64,000 nucleotides of DNA, from the NCBI GenBank assembly GCA_002104905.1, contig MCFE01000446.1, positions 1-64,000 of the forward strand, written 5' to 3'. Every line of letters begins with the position of its first letter. The first letter of the stretch is position 1. Source of the stretch: Basidiobolus meristosporus CBS 931.73 (Eukaryota > Fungi > Basidiobolomycota). Below, in pieces: positions 10,871 to 22,734 of this stretch. The notes under the pieces are model-generated. The model did no database searches, had not been told where the DNA came from, and saw only the letters and a program-made list of their open reading frames with translations. Both the position numbers and the translations under genes were made by a program.

Positions 10871-11416
10871 ATGAGACTCCACCAGCCAGTCATGCAGCTT
10901 TCCTTCCTCTTGCTAGTTTCCGCCATCGCTTCGTTGCAAGCAATCTCCGCTACCCCACTCGGTGACTCCCAGGTAGCCTTCACCAATGAGCCATGCGTCG
11001 AACAACAGGGTGCTTGTTATCAGGACACTTCGGCCCCCAGTCAAGAATACCAGCCGTCAACTGAGGAGGGAGATGATTCGGAGATGAGTGAGCCAATGCA
11101 GACAAGCGAGACTTCGGGTGAGCAGCCAGGATTCTCTGGGTTGCAAGGGTTCGATATTTCCAATCTTCAACCATCCCAAGCCTTGCTGGACAAAATCAAT
11201 GGCCATTCCTCCAGTAAAGCCAATGCCTTGTCCAACTCAAACCAATTCGACCAAGCGCAAGTCATTGATCAAACCCTGTACCAGCCCAAGCAGCAACAGC
11301 CACAAATTATCATCACTCAGCCAGCAGCGCGTGCTCTTAGAGGTGGGTACAAGAAGTATAAGAGATCTGCTCGTCGCCACTTCAAAGTGAGATATTTCAG
11401 TGGAAACAGACATTAA
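10871..11416 (+). CDS. Secreted protein A, copy 2
   Basis: Intact 181-aa ORF, ~92% aa identity to copy 1; CAA/TAA difference shortens it by 2 aa. Confidence 0.8.
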   Translation: MRLHQPVMQLSFLLLVSAIASLQAISATPLGDSQVAFTNEPCVEQQGACYQDTSAPSQEYQPSTEEGDDSEMSEPMQTSETSGEQPGFSGLQGFDISNLQPSQALLDKINGHSSSKANALSNSNQFDQAQVIDQTLYQPKQQQPQIIITQPAARALRGGYKKYKRSARRHFKVRYFSGNRH

Positions 11417-11773
11417 GTCCAGTAAAAGCAAATTTACGAAATAAAATGAGCAATATATTACTAGGCATACTGATGATGTACAAGTATTCAAGAATTTGCT
11501 GATATGCACACGCAGAAATAGCGTTCCTTATCGTTGTAAATAGTGGCATGATTTGTATTGAAGAGAATTATGGGTTGTGGTGATAGAACCTTATAATATA
11601 TACAGAGGCTGTCATTCCAGCGCATGTGTTTTATATGTTACAGGTTTCCTCTGCAAAGTCCATAACAGAATGTAACAAGACTCACTTTATGCCCTCAGTT
11701 TAACCTTATTATATAGCCTCCCATGCTATATAGCGTCGTATGCAACTAACTTATTTCTCAGCTATTCTTCAGC

Positions 11774-12271
11774 ATGCGCTCTACTACCGTAGCAGTGATT
11801 CTAAGCCTTGCCGCTCTTCAAGTTGCCGTTGCTGCCCCAATCGGCTGTTCTTCTCCATGTACTCGCGAGTATAGAGGGGTTCATTATCGCAGCTTACCAT
11901 GTGCACAGTATGCGAGCGGTTGCTACCAAAACGCTCGAGTTTTGCCTGTTGTTAAGACGACGAATGTCGAATCCCCGTTATTGCGCCAGGTTTTCACCAC
12001 GGTGACCAGAAAGCACGATAACCTGAACATTGCTAACGCCAACAGCAACAAAGGCTTCAATGTCAAGTATCAAGCAGGGCCCAGTCTCGAACTGGAGGGT
12101 GGGGCCAACGCATTAGAATACGCCAAGCAAAAGGGAGCGGAACACTCGGAAGATAGTTCTTTCTCTCCCTACGTTCTGATGCAGCCCACTCAAGATGTAC
12201 AATACACGGCCCCTGTGGCAGAGATGCAATGCGTAGAAGATTGTCCAGAGCAAAACGTTCAATACAATTAG
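11774..12271 (+). CDS. Secreted protein B, copy 2
   Basis: Intact 165-aa ORF with signal peptide; all 6 Cys conserved with copy 1. Confidence 0.85.
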   Translation: MRSTTVAVILSLAALQVAVAAPIGCSSPCTREYRGVHYRSLPCAQYASGCYQNARVLPVVKTTNVESPLLRQVFTTVTRKHDNLNIANANSNKGFNVKYQAGPSLELEGGANALEYAKQKGAEHSEDSSFSPYVLMQPTQDVQYTAPVAEMQCVEDCPEQNVQYN

Positions 12272-12641
12272 TGCGATGACATGAGCTGAAGATGTAGGTA
12301 GTCATCACCACGCTACAACTGAAAATTCTCAATCAATAAAATTCAAATGACATTCTTAGTACTTGTTGTTACTTGTGATTAGCTTTTTACTTGCACACAC
12401 CTGTATCATGATCAGAGCTGCGGGCATTAATATTAGATATTCGCTTACGTACTAACATACTCACCCTCAGTCTTTAGTGATGCTGCCCTCCACCGAAAAG
12501 CTTGATATTAGAGAGAATGTCTGGCAGGATACCGGATTGACTTTGGTAACACAAAGATTCGCGATTGACAGACTGCCCAGTGACTGTTAGCATTGTGATA
12601 TTTCCTCTTATCGTTTTTGTGCAAGCTAAGAGTAAAATGGA

Positions 12642-12723
12642 TGATGAGGGTGGGGTTCGAACCCACGCCTCCGAAGAGACTGCGACCTGAACGCAGCGCC
12701 TTAGACCACTCGGCCACCTCACC
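12642..12723 (-). tRNA. tRNA-Leu(CAG), second copy
   Basis: Identical 82-nt sequence to 2485-2566; TTTT a few nt downstream. Confidence 0.97.
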
Positions 12724-13075
12724 AGCTTGTACTTGGTCATTACGAAAGAGTTTGAAAGCAAATATTCTTGAAGTACTACCTTCGCTCGAAGCAAGCATCA
12801 TAAAGTATCTTTTCCTATTGTTTTGTCGTAATTGTCTAGATGATACTGAGTAGTGAGTAATGGTCGTTCAAGACACTGTTGTTATCGATGCACAAATGTA
12901 AGAGATATGGCTTAGTAATGAATCCAATCCAAGAAAAGTACTACTTTATACCGGATGAACCAGACTGTTTAAATCATTTCTGGGTTCTTCCCGAAACGTG
13001 ATTGATATTAAAGTTGCATGTTGTGTGACTTATAAACCAAGAAAGTATAATAACGAATATAAAGGCCGTAGAGGA

Positions 13076-13333
13076 GTGTCTACTCAAGATATCCTCTTAG
13101 CCAGTGCTTTGATACTTGCATCCTCTTTTGCCGCTCCTCTTGAACGCAACCAACACAATACTACGGCAACCCCCGAGTATGTAGAGCTATATAAAAACGT
13201 AAAGGCGTGTAGTGAAGAATTTCCATCTTCATTCTGGACAGGAAGTAAGGTTCGCAGAATGCGTGAGGATGATCCAGGAGCTTTCTCAAAGCCTAGGTAC
13301 ACAGAGTGGAAGCGTGGCAAAGCGTGTTCTTGA
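13076..13333 (+). pseudogene. Secreted-protein-like gene C lacking an ATG (pseudogene or non-AUG start)
   Basis: Open frame (V)STQDILLASALILASSFA-APLERNQH.. with a signal-peptide-like segment; TATAAA at 13031 and 13058; no in-frame ATG before the signal. Confidence 0.45.
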
Positions 13334-14097
13334 TGCAACTCATGGGATCGACATATTTTTTGTCGCCCTGGATTGCTTTTAGAAGACAGAAAAAGCCGGG
13401 AGAACTTAAGCCTAGTCTGTGGGGTTACCCAGCAAAAAGGGAGAGGAGCAAGTGTGGAAACAGTAACTTTCAAGGAATTTAGTGGCATGGTGGAGTAGGG
13501 ATTATCTCGTATAGTATTGGATATGCAGCACAAAGTGGTGTCACATCAACAATATACAAGGGCAGCATATAAGTATCATTCGGTCACTCTTACTAACGCT
13601 TAAGTCATGTTGTAGTGGCTCCGAACTCGGACTGTTGCGCCAAGAACATCTAAGCATCACTATCGCCAACGTCGCCTTTCTCTTTCTTCAGTATCTACTT
13701 CTAGCTTTATACTATAAAGAATTTGGTTGACATTAAATGCTGATTACTATTTCGTGTATGCACTGTCTCACGAGAATCACCAGCTAGGCATAAGGATCAT
13801 TTTTAAGAAATAGCAAACGGTGAGGCACCCAGGCTAAATCAAGAGTGGGATCGAGAAGGTGATATAAATCGGGAGAGTACAAGAAGTCACGCCGCTTTAA
13901 AGATACTAGGATTAGCACTAGTATGCTCCAGAAATGAATGCAGAATGCTGATGGAGCCCAAACAATCATTAGGAGTGTGCCCGCAACAGCATAGCGATAG
14001 TGATGAGTTAATGAAGCTGATTAATCCATGAAATAAGTTATAGCAATTTGTCCAGCCAAGCCTATATACCAGCCCACTAATACGTTATTCACTCCAC

Positions 14098-14516
14098 ATG
14101 CGCTTTATTACCGTAGCAGTGATTCTAGACCTTGCCGCAATCGGCGGTTACTCTCCATGCACTCGCGAGTATAGAGGGGTTCATTATCGCAGTTTACCAT
14201 GTATACAGTATGCGAATGATTGCTACCAAAACGTTGTTAAGACGTCCAATGTTCAATCCCCGTTATTGTGCCAGGGTTGACCACGGTGACCAGAAAGCAC
14301 AACAACCTGAACATTGCTAATGCCAACAGCAATAAAGGCTTCAATGTCAAGTATCAAGCAGGACCCAGTCTCGAACCGGAGGGTGGGGCCAACGCACTGA
14401 AATACGCCAAGCAAAAGCGAGCGAAACACCCGGACAATAGCTCTTCGTATCCCTACGTTCTGATGTAGTCCACCCAAGATGTAGCAGAGACCGAACAAAA
14501 TGTTCAATACAATTAG
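14098..14516 (+). pseudogene. Pseudogene of secreted protein B
   Basis: Homologous to B with deletions in the signal and middle regions, a frameshift and a CAG>TAG stop at ~14466. Confidence 0.85.
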
Positions 14517-16879
14517 TGTGCTGACAATTCCCCCAACAGATAAATCAGCCTAAACTGAGGATATTGGGTAGGCAAAACAAATAAACATTCTTTGCACGAC
14601 TACTCTACTTTCACAGTCTCATTGACTATCAATCCATCGCAGATACAGTGTACTAGTTCAAAAAAAATCGACAGACACCAAAGGAATAGGGGCACTCCAC
14701 ATTTGGTTGGTGGCAAGAGAGAAGTCCAAACAGCATTGTGTATCAACAACCGCATTTGAAGATACTTTGGGATGTCAGTAAAGCCATGTTCAATGTTTAC
14801 GTACTTACTCCATCGAACTTTAAAATAAATGTATCAATATTGGGAGGTAAATTGCCGTAAGTCAACATACCATTGTATTATTCGTGAGACGCAAAACGAC
14901 TCGTACTACGATTTCTCATGCAAGGGCTTGAAGCGTGCACTCAGGAATGGCACTGGTTATTTCATAGTCAATGTTTGCAGTCCACGACAGTACATATAAT
15001 ACATTTAGTTTCGTCGATTTCAATATTATGGGATTAGGCAACGAAATGCGGGAAAATTTCTATGGAATCTTTTCCTTTAAATAGAGAGCATCTGTTGTCT
15101 GGTATCGTTACGACTGTACTTTACAGGATTATGTATGTATTACATTCCCAGTACACTAAAGGACGGTTTGCACATTCTGACAGTTTGTTGTTATCCAACT
15201 ATCATTCAAAAATCAAATCAAATCAAAATATCAATCAATCAATCACTTTGAAAATTGGCAAGCAATGAAATGAAAACCGCTTAAAATTTTGATTGCAAAA
15301 TGACATACTTGTTTGATTACAATTACAGTTTTCTGATCATTAAAATCAAATTCATAACTGAATGTTTAAGTGGGCACACAACTTTGCATAAAAAAAGGAA
15401 AAGATTAAGTTGGTAGTTGGACTTTATTGTAGTGGCTACTGATGACCATCCACTCAGACTTGCCAACCTCTGACTGCTCCAGTGTGCTAGGTTTTTGTTG
15501 CTCTGTTGCCAGCCTCACACCTTCCCCAAGTCTTTAATAACCTTGCCATCTCACAATTACTTGAAGATGCCCATGTCAACACTAGACTCTAAGAAACATG
15601 GATAGAAATCATCAGCAGTGACCCACTACTCAAGCCTTCACCCAACCAGTTCTCCAGAAGCTTGTGCTACAGATAGATGCACCACTCTACCCAACTGTTA
15701 ACTTATTCAAAAATCAAAATGAAGGGGCTAAGAGTTATTTATTGCAATGCTTTAATATGTATTATCAACTCTTTAAGCTACCTTTGCTGTTCCTCCCTGA
15801 AGGATTCTTGTATATTGCACAAGACTATGTAAAATATTTGATGTTGTAGTATGCACTGGGCAGGTTACTGTGTTGATAGAGCTTGATCAATATGGACCAA
15901 GTAGATCCATACTACACCCACATACCTCAGAATGACTGTACTAATGACACTTCTGCATATGCAAGCCTTTCATAATGATTTTGGTCAACAATTATCTGTG
16001 CCAGGGCATAGGTTTGGTGGGGGGGTATAAAGAGGCATTGTAATTATCAAACTAGTCTATCTAGCTTCTAGCTCAATTCCCTAGTACTACAGACACTATT
16101 TCAATGTCATTTCTAGGTGAAGTCCTCACTCCCATCCAAACATCTATGTGTTCTCTTTGAAATATGCCTTTCTTTGCTGTATACCACAATCCCATCTCAA
16201 TAGCTATGGTGAATGGGTAGGCAGATGCTTCAAAGAAAATGCTCAATCCAGAAGAAATGTGTTTGTCACTGTTATTCTGGAGATTACCAACTTGATTTTC
16301 TATAGCTCATCTCATGCCAGAGTAGTGCATGGAAGATCTACACAATGATTCATCAGAAAGTGTGGATTTTGCCTGGCATATGAACACAGACACTGAAATA
16401 TTGAGGATGCGTGGGGTTACCATACAACTATTCCTCATCCAACAAGGCTTCATTCAAATGAATGAGCAAACCTGCAGTGTTAGATATACTGACATTGCTT
16501 TCAGTTTTCTTCCTACCATTGCAGTGACTGCATCCTCATTCAGGGTCTATCATCTCGGCTTGCCACTGCACCTACAATGCCAATACTTAGCCCACAGCTG
16601 ATGCAACACTTTAGAGACTCAAGCAACTTGAAAGTTCCAGCTTTGAAATATAGACTGATGGCCTGATTGAATAACTGGTCTGCTTTAACTAGGATAATGA
16701 CTACAATTCTGGCAATGATGAGCGCTTGTCAATCCATAGAATAGAGAGTCTCTATTAACCAGACAACTGTGCCCAGTGCTGCTATCACAGCACCATCATA
16801 CTGCTTAGTTGGTTTGGGCACCTGAGGAATACAAAGTGAACCATTGGTAGCTTACATTGCTCACTCCTCCAGTACTCAG

Positions 16880-17520
16880 TTGTGCAGCCTTAAATGAAAG
16901 CATCTGTTGTGCATCAACATTTAAACTTGGCCAATTTCACTCTGTTAGAAAATCTAGTACCCTAACTGATTTTTCCTAACCTAAACATAACCAATCCCTG
17001 TTGTAGTTTATTTTATCACTGCTCAGAATCTATTTATAGCTGTCACACCTGATCAATTTTCATGTGGTCATTACATCCTCAACTGATCTGCTAAGCCTTT
17101 CCAAGTGTTTAGTCATCAGAGACTTATCCAGCCACTTAGTGCTTGCCAAGACATCAGCCAATTAATGATGCAGCATTTCTTTTATCTTATGCACCTATCA
17201 ACACCCCAACAGATATCAATTAGTCCAGTCTCTTAGTGCTTACTAATGCAACTCAATCAGAAAAGTATAAATAAAGTTTACTGAACCTTTTGGTTAAGTG
17301 TGTGTCTCAACAAAATTATAATTCAACAAATCCATTCTAGCTTCTACCCAAGCTTAGCATATCTAGCACTCTCAAGAACACCAAGCCTAGCCTGTATAGC
17401 AAACCTACTCTGTTGCCTTTATAGCCCTACTCAACTATATGCAAAACCAACATTTAGACCAGAACTCCTCTGCTAATATTTCTGTCACCCCTGATAATTC
17501 TAAGATTATTTGGCCTATCT
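16880..17520. repeat. Unclassified dispersed repeat fragments
   Basis: ~16915-17000 matches ~47595-47690, and ~17380-17510 matches ~49735-49890; CpG-depleted. Confidence 0.6.
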
Positions 17521-18724
17521 TACTATTCTCTCAAAACTTCACTGCTGCCAGTATAATTGATTCTGAATACTGCTCTTTGCCTATTTCTTTATGAATACCA
17601 CAATTCAGCACATGCTTGGGTAGTGCCCTTCCTAATACCTGATGTTCTCCTGCTTTATACTCATGGCTCCCTGGATGGCTATCAACATGTTCTTGGGAGG
17701 TCTATTGCCTTTTGGTTTAACATCTCTGCCATTTAGTGACTGAGAGCTTATGGCATTGCTAATATATTACCTTAGTGTATCAATTATAAACTGGCATTCA
17801 CCTACTTACCTAGCTCCTGAATATTGCATAGAGAGCAGGTCATGTGTAAATCACCTGGCTTTTCAAACCTGATAATCTAAGAGCACACAGGTCACATGAC
17901 AATGGCATGGCAGAAATTTGGTGGCATCTTATATATTGGTGCACTCAACTTTCAAGTATTTCACAGCTTCTTATATGACTTTTATGTTCAGGTTGGGGTC
18001 TTGATATATGCTTCATAGCCTCATGCCCCATTGCTGCAATAAGCACTTCTATGAGCTTAATTTATGGCCACATTGTCTCACTCAAAAGAATATGCAATTT
18101 TCATGCATTGTCAGGTAAAAAAATAGCATTACAGTGACACTTCTAATTCTTCCTTGCAGCAAGTTGTGTTTTTTATATTATGTAATACAACTTACATATC
18201 AATCAAACATAGTTTTGACTCAGATAATAGTTTTTTAATACAAATATGTAACTTATTTTATATTCTAGTTTATGTTCATATTAATCAACACCGTTAAATA
18301 CATTTTTGGTTTAGCAAAAATATTTTTTACAAAATTATTTTTAACTTTGACTAAACTTTGGTTTGAAACCTTTTTCCCAGTATTATTTCTAACTTTGATC
18401 AACACACAAGAGTCTTATATGGCAATTGTAGGTAGTTATGAGCCTGAAGATACAGATCCCAGCCTTTGACTCTTGGGGATAGACAGAAGAGCTGATGTCA
18501 GATTCCAGGCTGGCCCTGGCCTGAGTAAGAAGGTGAATCTTTGAGTTTTATTGATTTGAAGTTGAAGAGTTGTAGGAATAGTGATTGTTAAGGGTATTAT
18601 TGGGTATTTATCACAGCGCTTCAACTGCTGCAACTATCAACATGTGGTTTTTCAAGCTGTAAATTCCATATATATAGTGAATTGTAACTTTGGGTCTATT
18701 TTCTTTTTAGGCCATCATTACATG

Positions 18725-19050
18725 ACTGCTACCAGCCAGTCCAAGTGCCATTATTGTGTCAAGTGCTCACCACTGTTACCAAAAACATGGTAATGTGAAC
18801 ACTGCTAATGCTAATAGTGAAAAAAGTCTTGAAGCCAAGCTGGCTCTAGCCTCAAAGTAGATGGTTCAGCCAGTGCATCCAAGTATGCCAAACAGAAGTG
18901 TGCTGAGCACTCAGACAATGGTTCTAATTACCCCATTGTCATGATTTAGCCTGCACAAGATGAGACATACACTACACCAGTAGTAGATACCAATGTGTTG
19001 AAGGATGTGCTGATCAGGACACCAGATGGAATACAAGAGATTGGCACAAA
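18725..19050 (+). pseudogene. 5'-truncated diverged B-family pseudogene
   Basis: Matches the C-terminal two thirds of B and is a tandem duplicate (~817 bp offset) of 19545-19885; CpG-decayed. Confidence 0.75.
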
Positions 19051-19380
19051 TATTCAAGTGGAAATAGACACAATAAACATCATTTCATTTGACCACATTA
19101 TATCAAAATGCAACATTAGCACATACTTTGTAAGTCACTATACCTCAGCTGGAATTTCAAAAGCATATGAGCATCTATTGGAATACCTATTGTACTGTAT
19201 TCATGTAAACTATGCAATATCAATGCAATTGAGCCAATGATGGTAGAGAGAATGCTAATTTGAGTTCTGATAAGTTAACTAACTATTGCTACCATCAATG
19301 TTGTAACCATGTTATAGCAGTTCCCATGCTATATATCCCAGAGTGAATTTAGCAATGAACTTGGTAGCTCTCAAAGAGGC

Positions 19381-19885
19381 ATACATTCATTGTAGCATTG
19401 ATCTTGGGCCTTGCCACTCTTCAAACCACTGTTGCTGCTCCAGTCACATGCTTCAAATCATGCAACTGTGAGCATAGAAGAGTCCACTATTGCAGGTATT
19501 CATGCTCAGACTAAGCAAGCAACTGCTACCAGCAAGCCCAGGTTCAGCCCACTGTTGAAATGCCAAATATCCAAGTGCCATTGTTACGTCAGGTGTTCAC
19601 CACCATGACCAGAAAGCATCACAATCAGAACACTGCCAATGCAAATAGTGACAAGAGTCTTGATGCTCAGTTTCAAGCAGGCCCTAGCCTCAAAGTAGAA
19701 GGTTCAGCTGGCACATCCAAGTATGCCAAACTGGAGAGTGCTGAGCACTCAGACAATGGCTCTAACTATCCCATCATTATGATTTAGCCTGCACAAGATG
19801 AGGCATACACAACACCAGTAGTAGACATGCAATGCATTGAAGGATGTGCTGATCAGGATACTGGAAGGAATACAAGAGATTGGCT
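19381..19885 (+). pseudogene. Diverged B-family pseudogene (B2 subfamily)
   Basis: Frame VALILGLATLQTTVAAPVTCFKSCNCEHRRVHYCRYSCSD*..QCIEGC aligns with B; ATG lost, two stops, CpG>TpG changes. Confidence 0.85.
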
Positions 19886-20136
19886 CAGACACTCTAGTGG
19901 AAGTAGTCACAATGAACATCATTTCACTTGACCACCTTATATTAAAATGGAACATTAGCATAGATTTGTAAATCACAATACTACAGCTGGAATTTAAAAA
20001 CCATATGAGAATTTATTGGCATATTAATTGTACTGTAACTATATAAACTATGCAATATCAATGCAATTGAGCCAATGATGGTAGAGAATGCTGCCTTTTG
20101 ATCTGAGCAAAGTTAAATAACTATTACTACCATCAA

Positions 20137-21493
20137 CAACACCCATGGAATAATATGCCAAGGATGCTTTATGGAATCAAGTGAGCCCAGTAAACCATCC
20201 ACTAGTGAATGATGTAATGTTGTGGCTAGAGAAGTGGCATGTTTCCACTAATATCAGTAATGGGGGCTTTGAGGATTTATTACTACTACTTGCCAAAATC
20301 ATTGCAGGATGCAACTGACCATGTACATGGTTTCAAGTGGGCAACTGTCATGTGGCTGGCAACATATGACCCAGAGATTGTCTTGATTCCAGCATGTGTT
20401 GACAGTTGCATGGCATTCACATCCAAAAATGACACCATTGCAATGTGTCCAAATTGTCAGGAAGAAACCACCATTGAGAAAAAATATTGTTCACACTCCA
20501 GATATATTCTGGAAATACCCCACTTAAAGAAGCTCATGCAGTCAAACAGATATTACAAAGCTAAAAAGTACTGCACTCAGTATCAATTAAGTGCAAACTT
20601 ATCCAATATATTCAATACACACACTTGCTGAATTTCTCAGGGTCACAAGCCAATTTCTACACCATTCAATACGGAATTCACGCAAACAAGAGCCTATGTG
20701 CACCTATAAAGGGGACTAGAATCCAGTAGGAAGAAGGAATATATTGACTAAATACTAGAAAGTACTCTGTGGATATTCAGAAGGTATTCATGGCAGAAGT
20801 GGTGGCAACCAAGCATATGTTTGCAGGATGTATATGTTACCAGCAATACAAGGCATAAGACATCTTTGCAAGTGTCATGCTAAAAAGCTGTAAAGTTGAG
20901 GTGACAGAAGTATGTCTATTAGTGCAGGTGTGCATGTTTGTTGAGGTTAATAAGCAGGAAGTCAGAGTAATTTTTGATTCAAATTATATGTGGAATACCC
21001 AAGGTAGTAGTAGGTAAGCAGATAAAGAGGGGTGATTCTACAGTGGAATATGTTAATTGATCAAGGGGAGGTAGAAAAAGGAAATATCATTTGGTAAATT
21101 GGTATAGTAGCATTATAGAGAACTAGCTGTAGGCTGTCATACTGCTGTAATAATACTATTGGATGCTTGCAATGAGATCATCAAACACTGTCAAGTTTCT
21201 CACCATAAAGGCAATTTGGAAGTACTAGCTGGTTAGATCAACTCAAATAATTTTAGAGCGCACCAAGACTGCAACAATGCCATGCCATCCTTGGCAAAAC
21301 ACTGAGCAAACACTGTTATGTTGTTCTACTTTATTTGGCTGTAAAATTTGCCAAATGCTGTTGTGATCCTATCTTTAGATTGTGTAGATGGTCATTAACT
21401 CCAAGCTGCTGGTATTTTAGCGGTCCCCTGATGGGATCTAGACAGCAGATCTGATTGGATCCACCTGCAGGGCCAAATTATATTTTCATAGGG
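20137..21493 (+). mobile_element. Internally deleted, left-truncated copy of the Tnp2/CACTA-like transposon
   Basis: Matches ~56250-56740, then ~58150-58375 and 59447-60083 without the LTR; ends TTTTCATAGGG at 21493. Confidence 0.85.
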
Positions 21494-21499
21494 TCTAGT

Positions 21500-22300
21500 G
21501 CAAGTATCCCTTTTTTCATTTTGATGTTGCTAAGGCCTTTGATTCAGCTGACAGAAATCTGCATTGATCCAAGCTGAAATGCTTCTCCAGTACATCTCTC
21601 ACTCTCCTTGTCAGGTCTCTGTTTCTGGATCCACAGCAAGAATTTGCACCCAAGTGAGCAATCAATTGTGTTCTCAGTTGCTAGTGGAGTAGGTCAAGGC
21701 TCTGTGCTTTGTCCTATACTATTTGCCATGTTCCTGAATGACTTTCCAAAACTCTCAGCTGACAGCCTGGTTACCCTCTTTACTGATGACATCAGAATAT
21801 CTTCCTCCAACATGCAGTAAGACTCACAGACAATTCACCGGTATCTGGAGAAGAATAATCTCCAGCTTTCATTACATAGTCAGTACCTTTGGGTTGTCCC
21901 ATCTTCATAGAGAACTGCAAACTATCTACTTAGCTTTCTGCTACATGTCTTGGCTTTCCTTTCCTTCCTACTGGACTAGATTCTGGAGCACACTCAAGAA
22001 GTGTATTATTCTGGCAAGACAGGCACTTCACAAGCTACTGACTGTTATTCCTTCTACAACTTCAGCTCCCAGCAGCCTCCTTCTACTCAAGCAGTTTGTC
22101 TTCCTTGTGCTTGAATTTGGTTTACCACTTCTCTATCTTACTTTTAGAGACTGTGCTAAGCTTGACTAGTTTGCAGAGATCCAGATAACAAGAAGCTTGC
22201 TTGTTACACTCTGCAGTCAGAAAAACCCAAGCTGGCAAACCTGAAGTACTTGACAGACCTTTAGCAGCAATATCTGAAGTAGCACACTCCCTTTAAGATG
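21500..22300 (+). mobile_element. Degenerate LINE (non-LTR) reverse transcriptase fragment
   Basis: Motifs FDVAKAFD, SGVGQGSVLCPILF..FLND, LFTDD; frameshifts and stops. Confidence 0.85.
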
Positions 22301-22439
22301 AATATCAATCCTTATTATATTCCCCTTATCAGTGTTGTTTACAAATCATTCTAACCCCTCTTGCTGCCCCCTTCCCACTGAACAATGTCTTGAGCACCAA
22401 AGAACTATCATCTCTCCTTATTAACTTACCAATAAATTC

Positions 22440-22734
22440 CCCTCACCTACACACTCTGGTATCAAAGCTACAACAGTAGTGCTGGCTTCTTTTAGGGTTA
22501 CAACTGAAGGCTGAATGGAAATAAATCATTTTGTATGCATGAGAAGTACAAGGATTGTTAGAGTAAGGAGTGTGAAAAAGAGGCAATAGCCAATCAATGA
22601 ACACAAATGTGGGAGGTGATTGAGTGTCCAGGATCCAAAAGTAAGAGAATTGGCTAAGAACCAATCAAATGCCACTTATGTATTGTTGTGATGAAAAATT
22701 CAATGAGTTCTAACATTGAGATTTTTCACAAGGG
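22440..22734 (-). mobile_element. Inverted left-end fragment of the Tnp2/CACTA-like family
   Basis: Reverse complement matches ~53340-53560 and ~45850-46060; ends in TIR-like TTTTCACAAGGG. Confidence 0.65.

Larger units (their letters stand above)
10850..16620 (+). repeat. Segmental duplication unit 2 (partner ~680-6960)
   Basis: Colinear with unit 1; the part beyond ~15.3 kb shows systematic CpG loss. Confidence 0.9.

Noticed and set aside
12634-12642. TCCA after the second tRNA, suggesting an encoded CCA
   Set aside because: An extra T separates it from the discriminator base and copy 1 lacks it; eukaryotic CCA is added post-transcriptionally.
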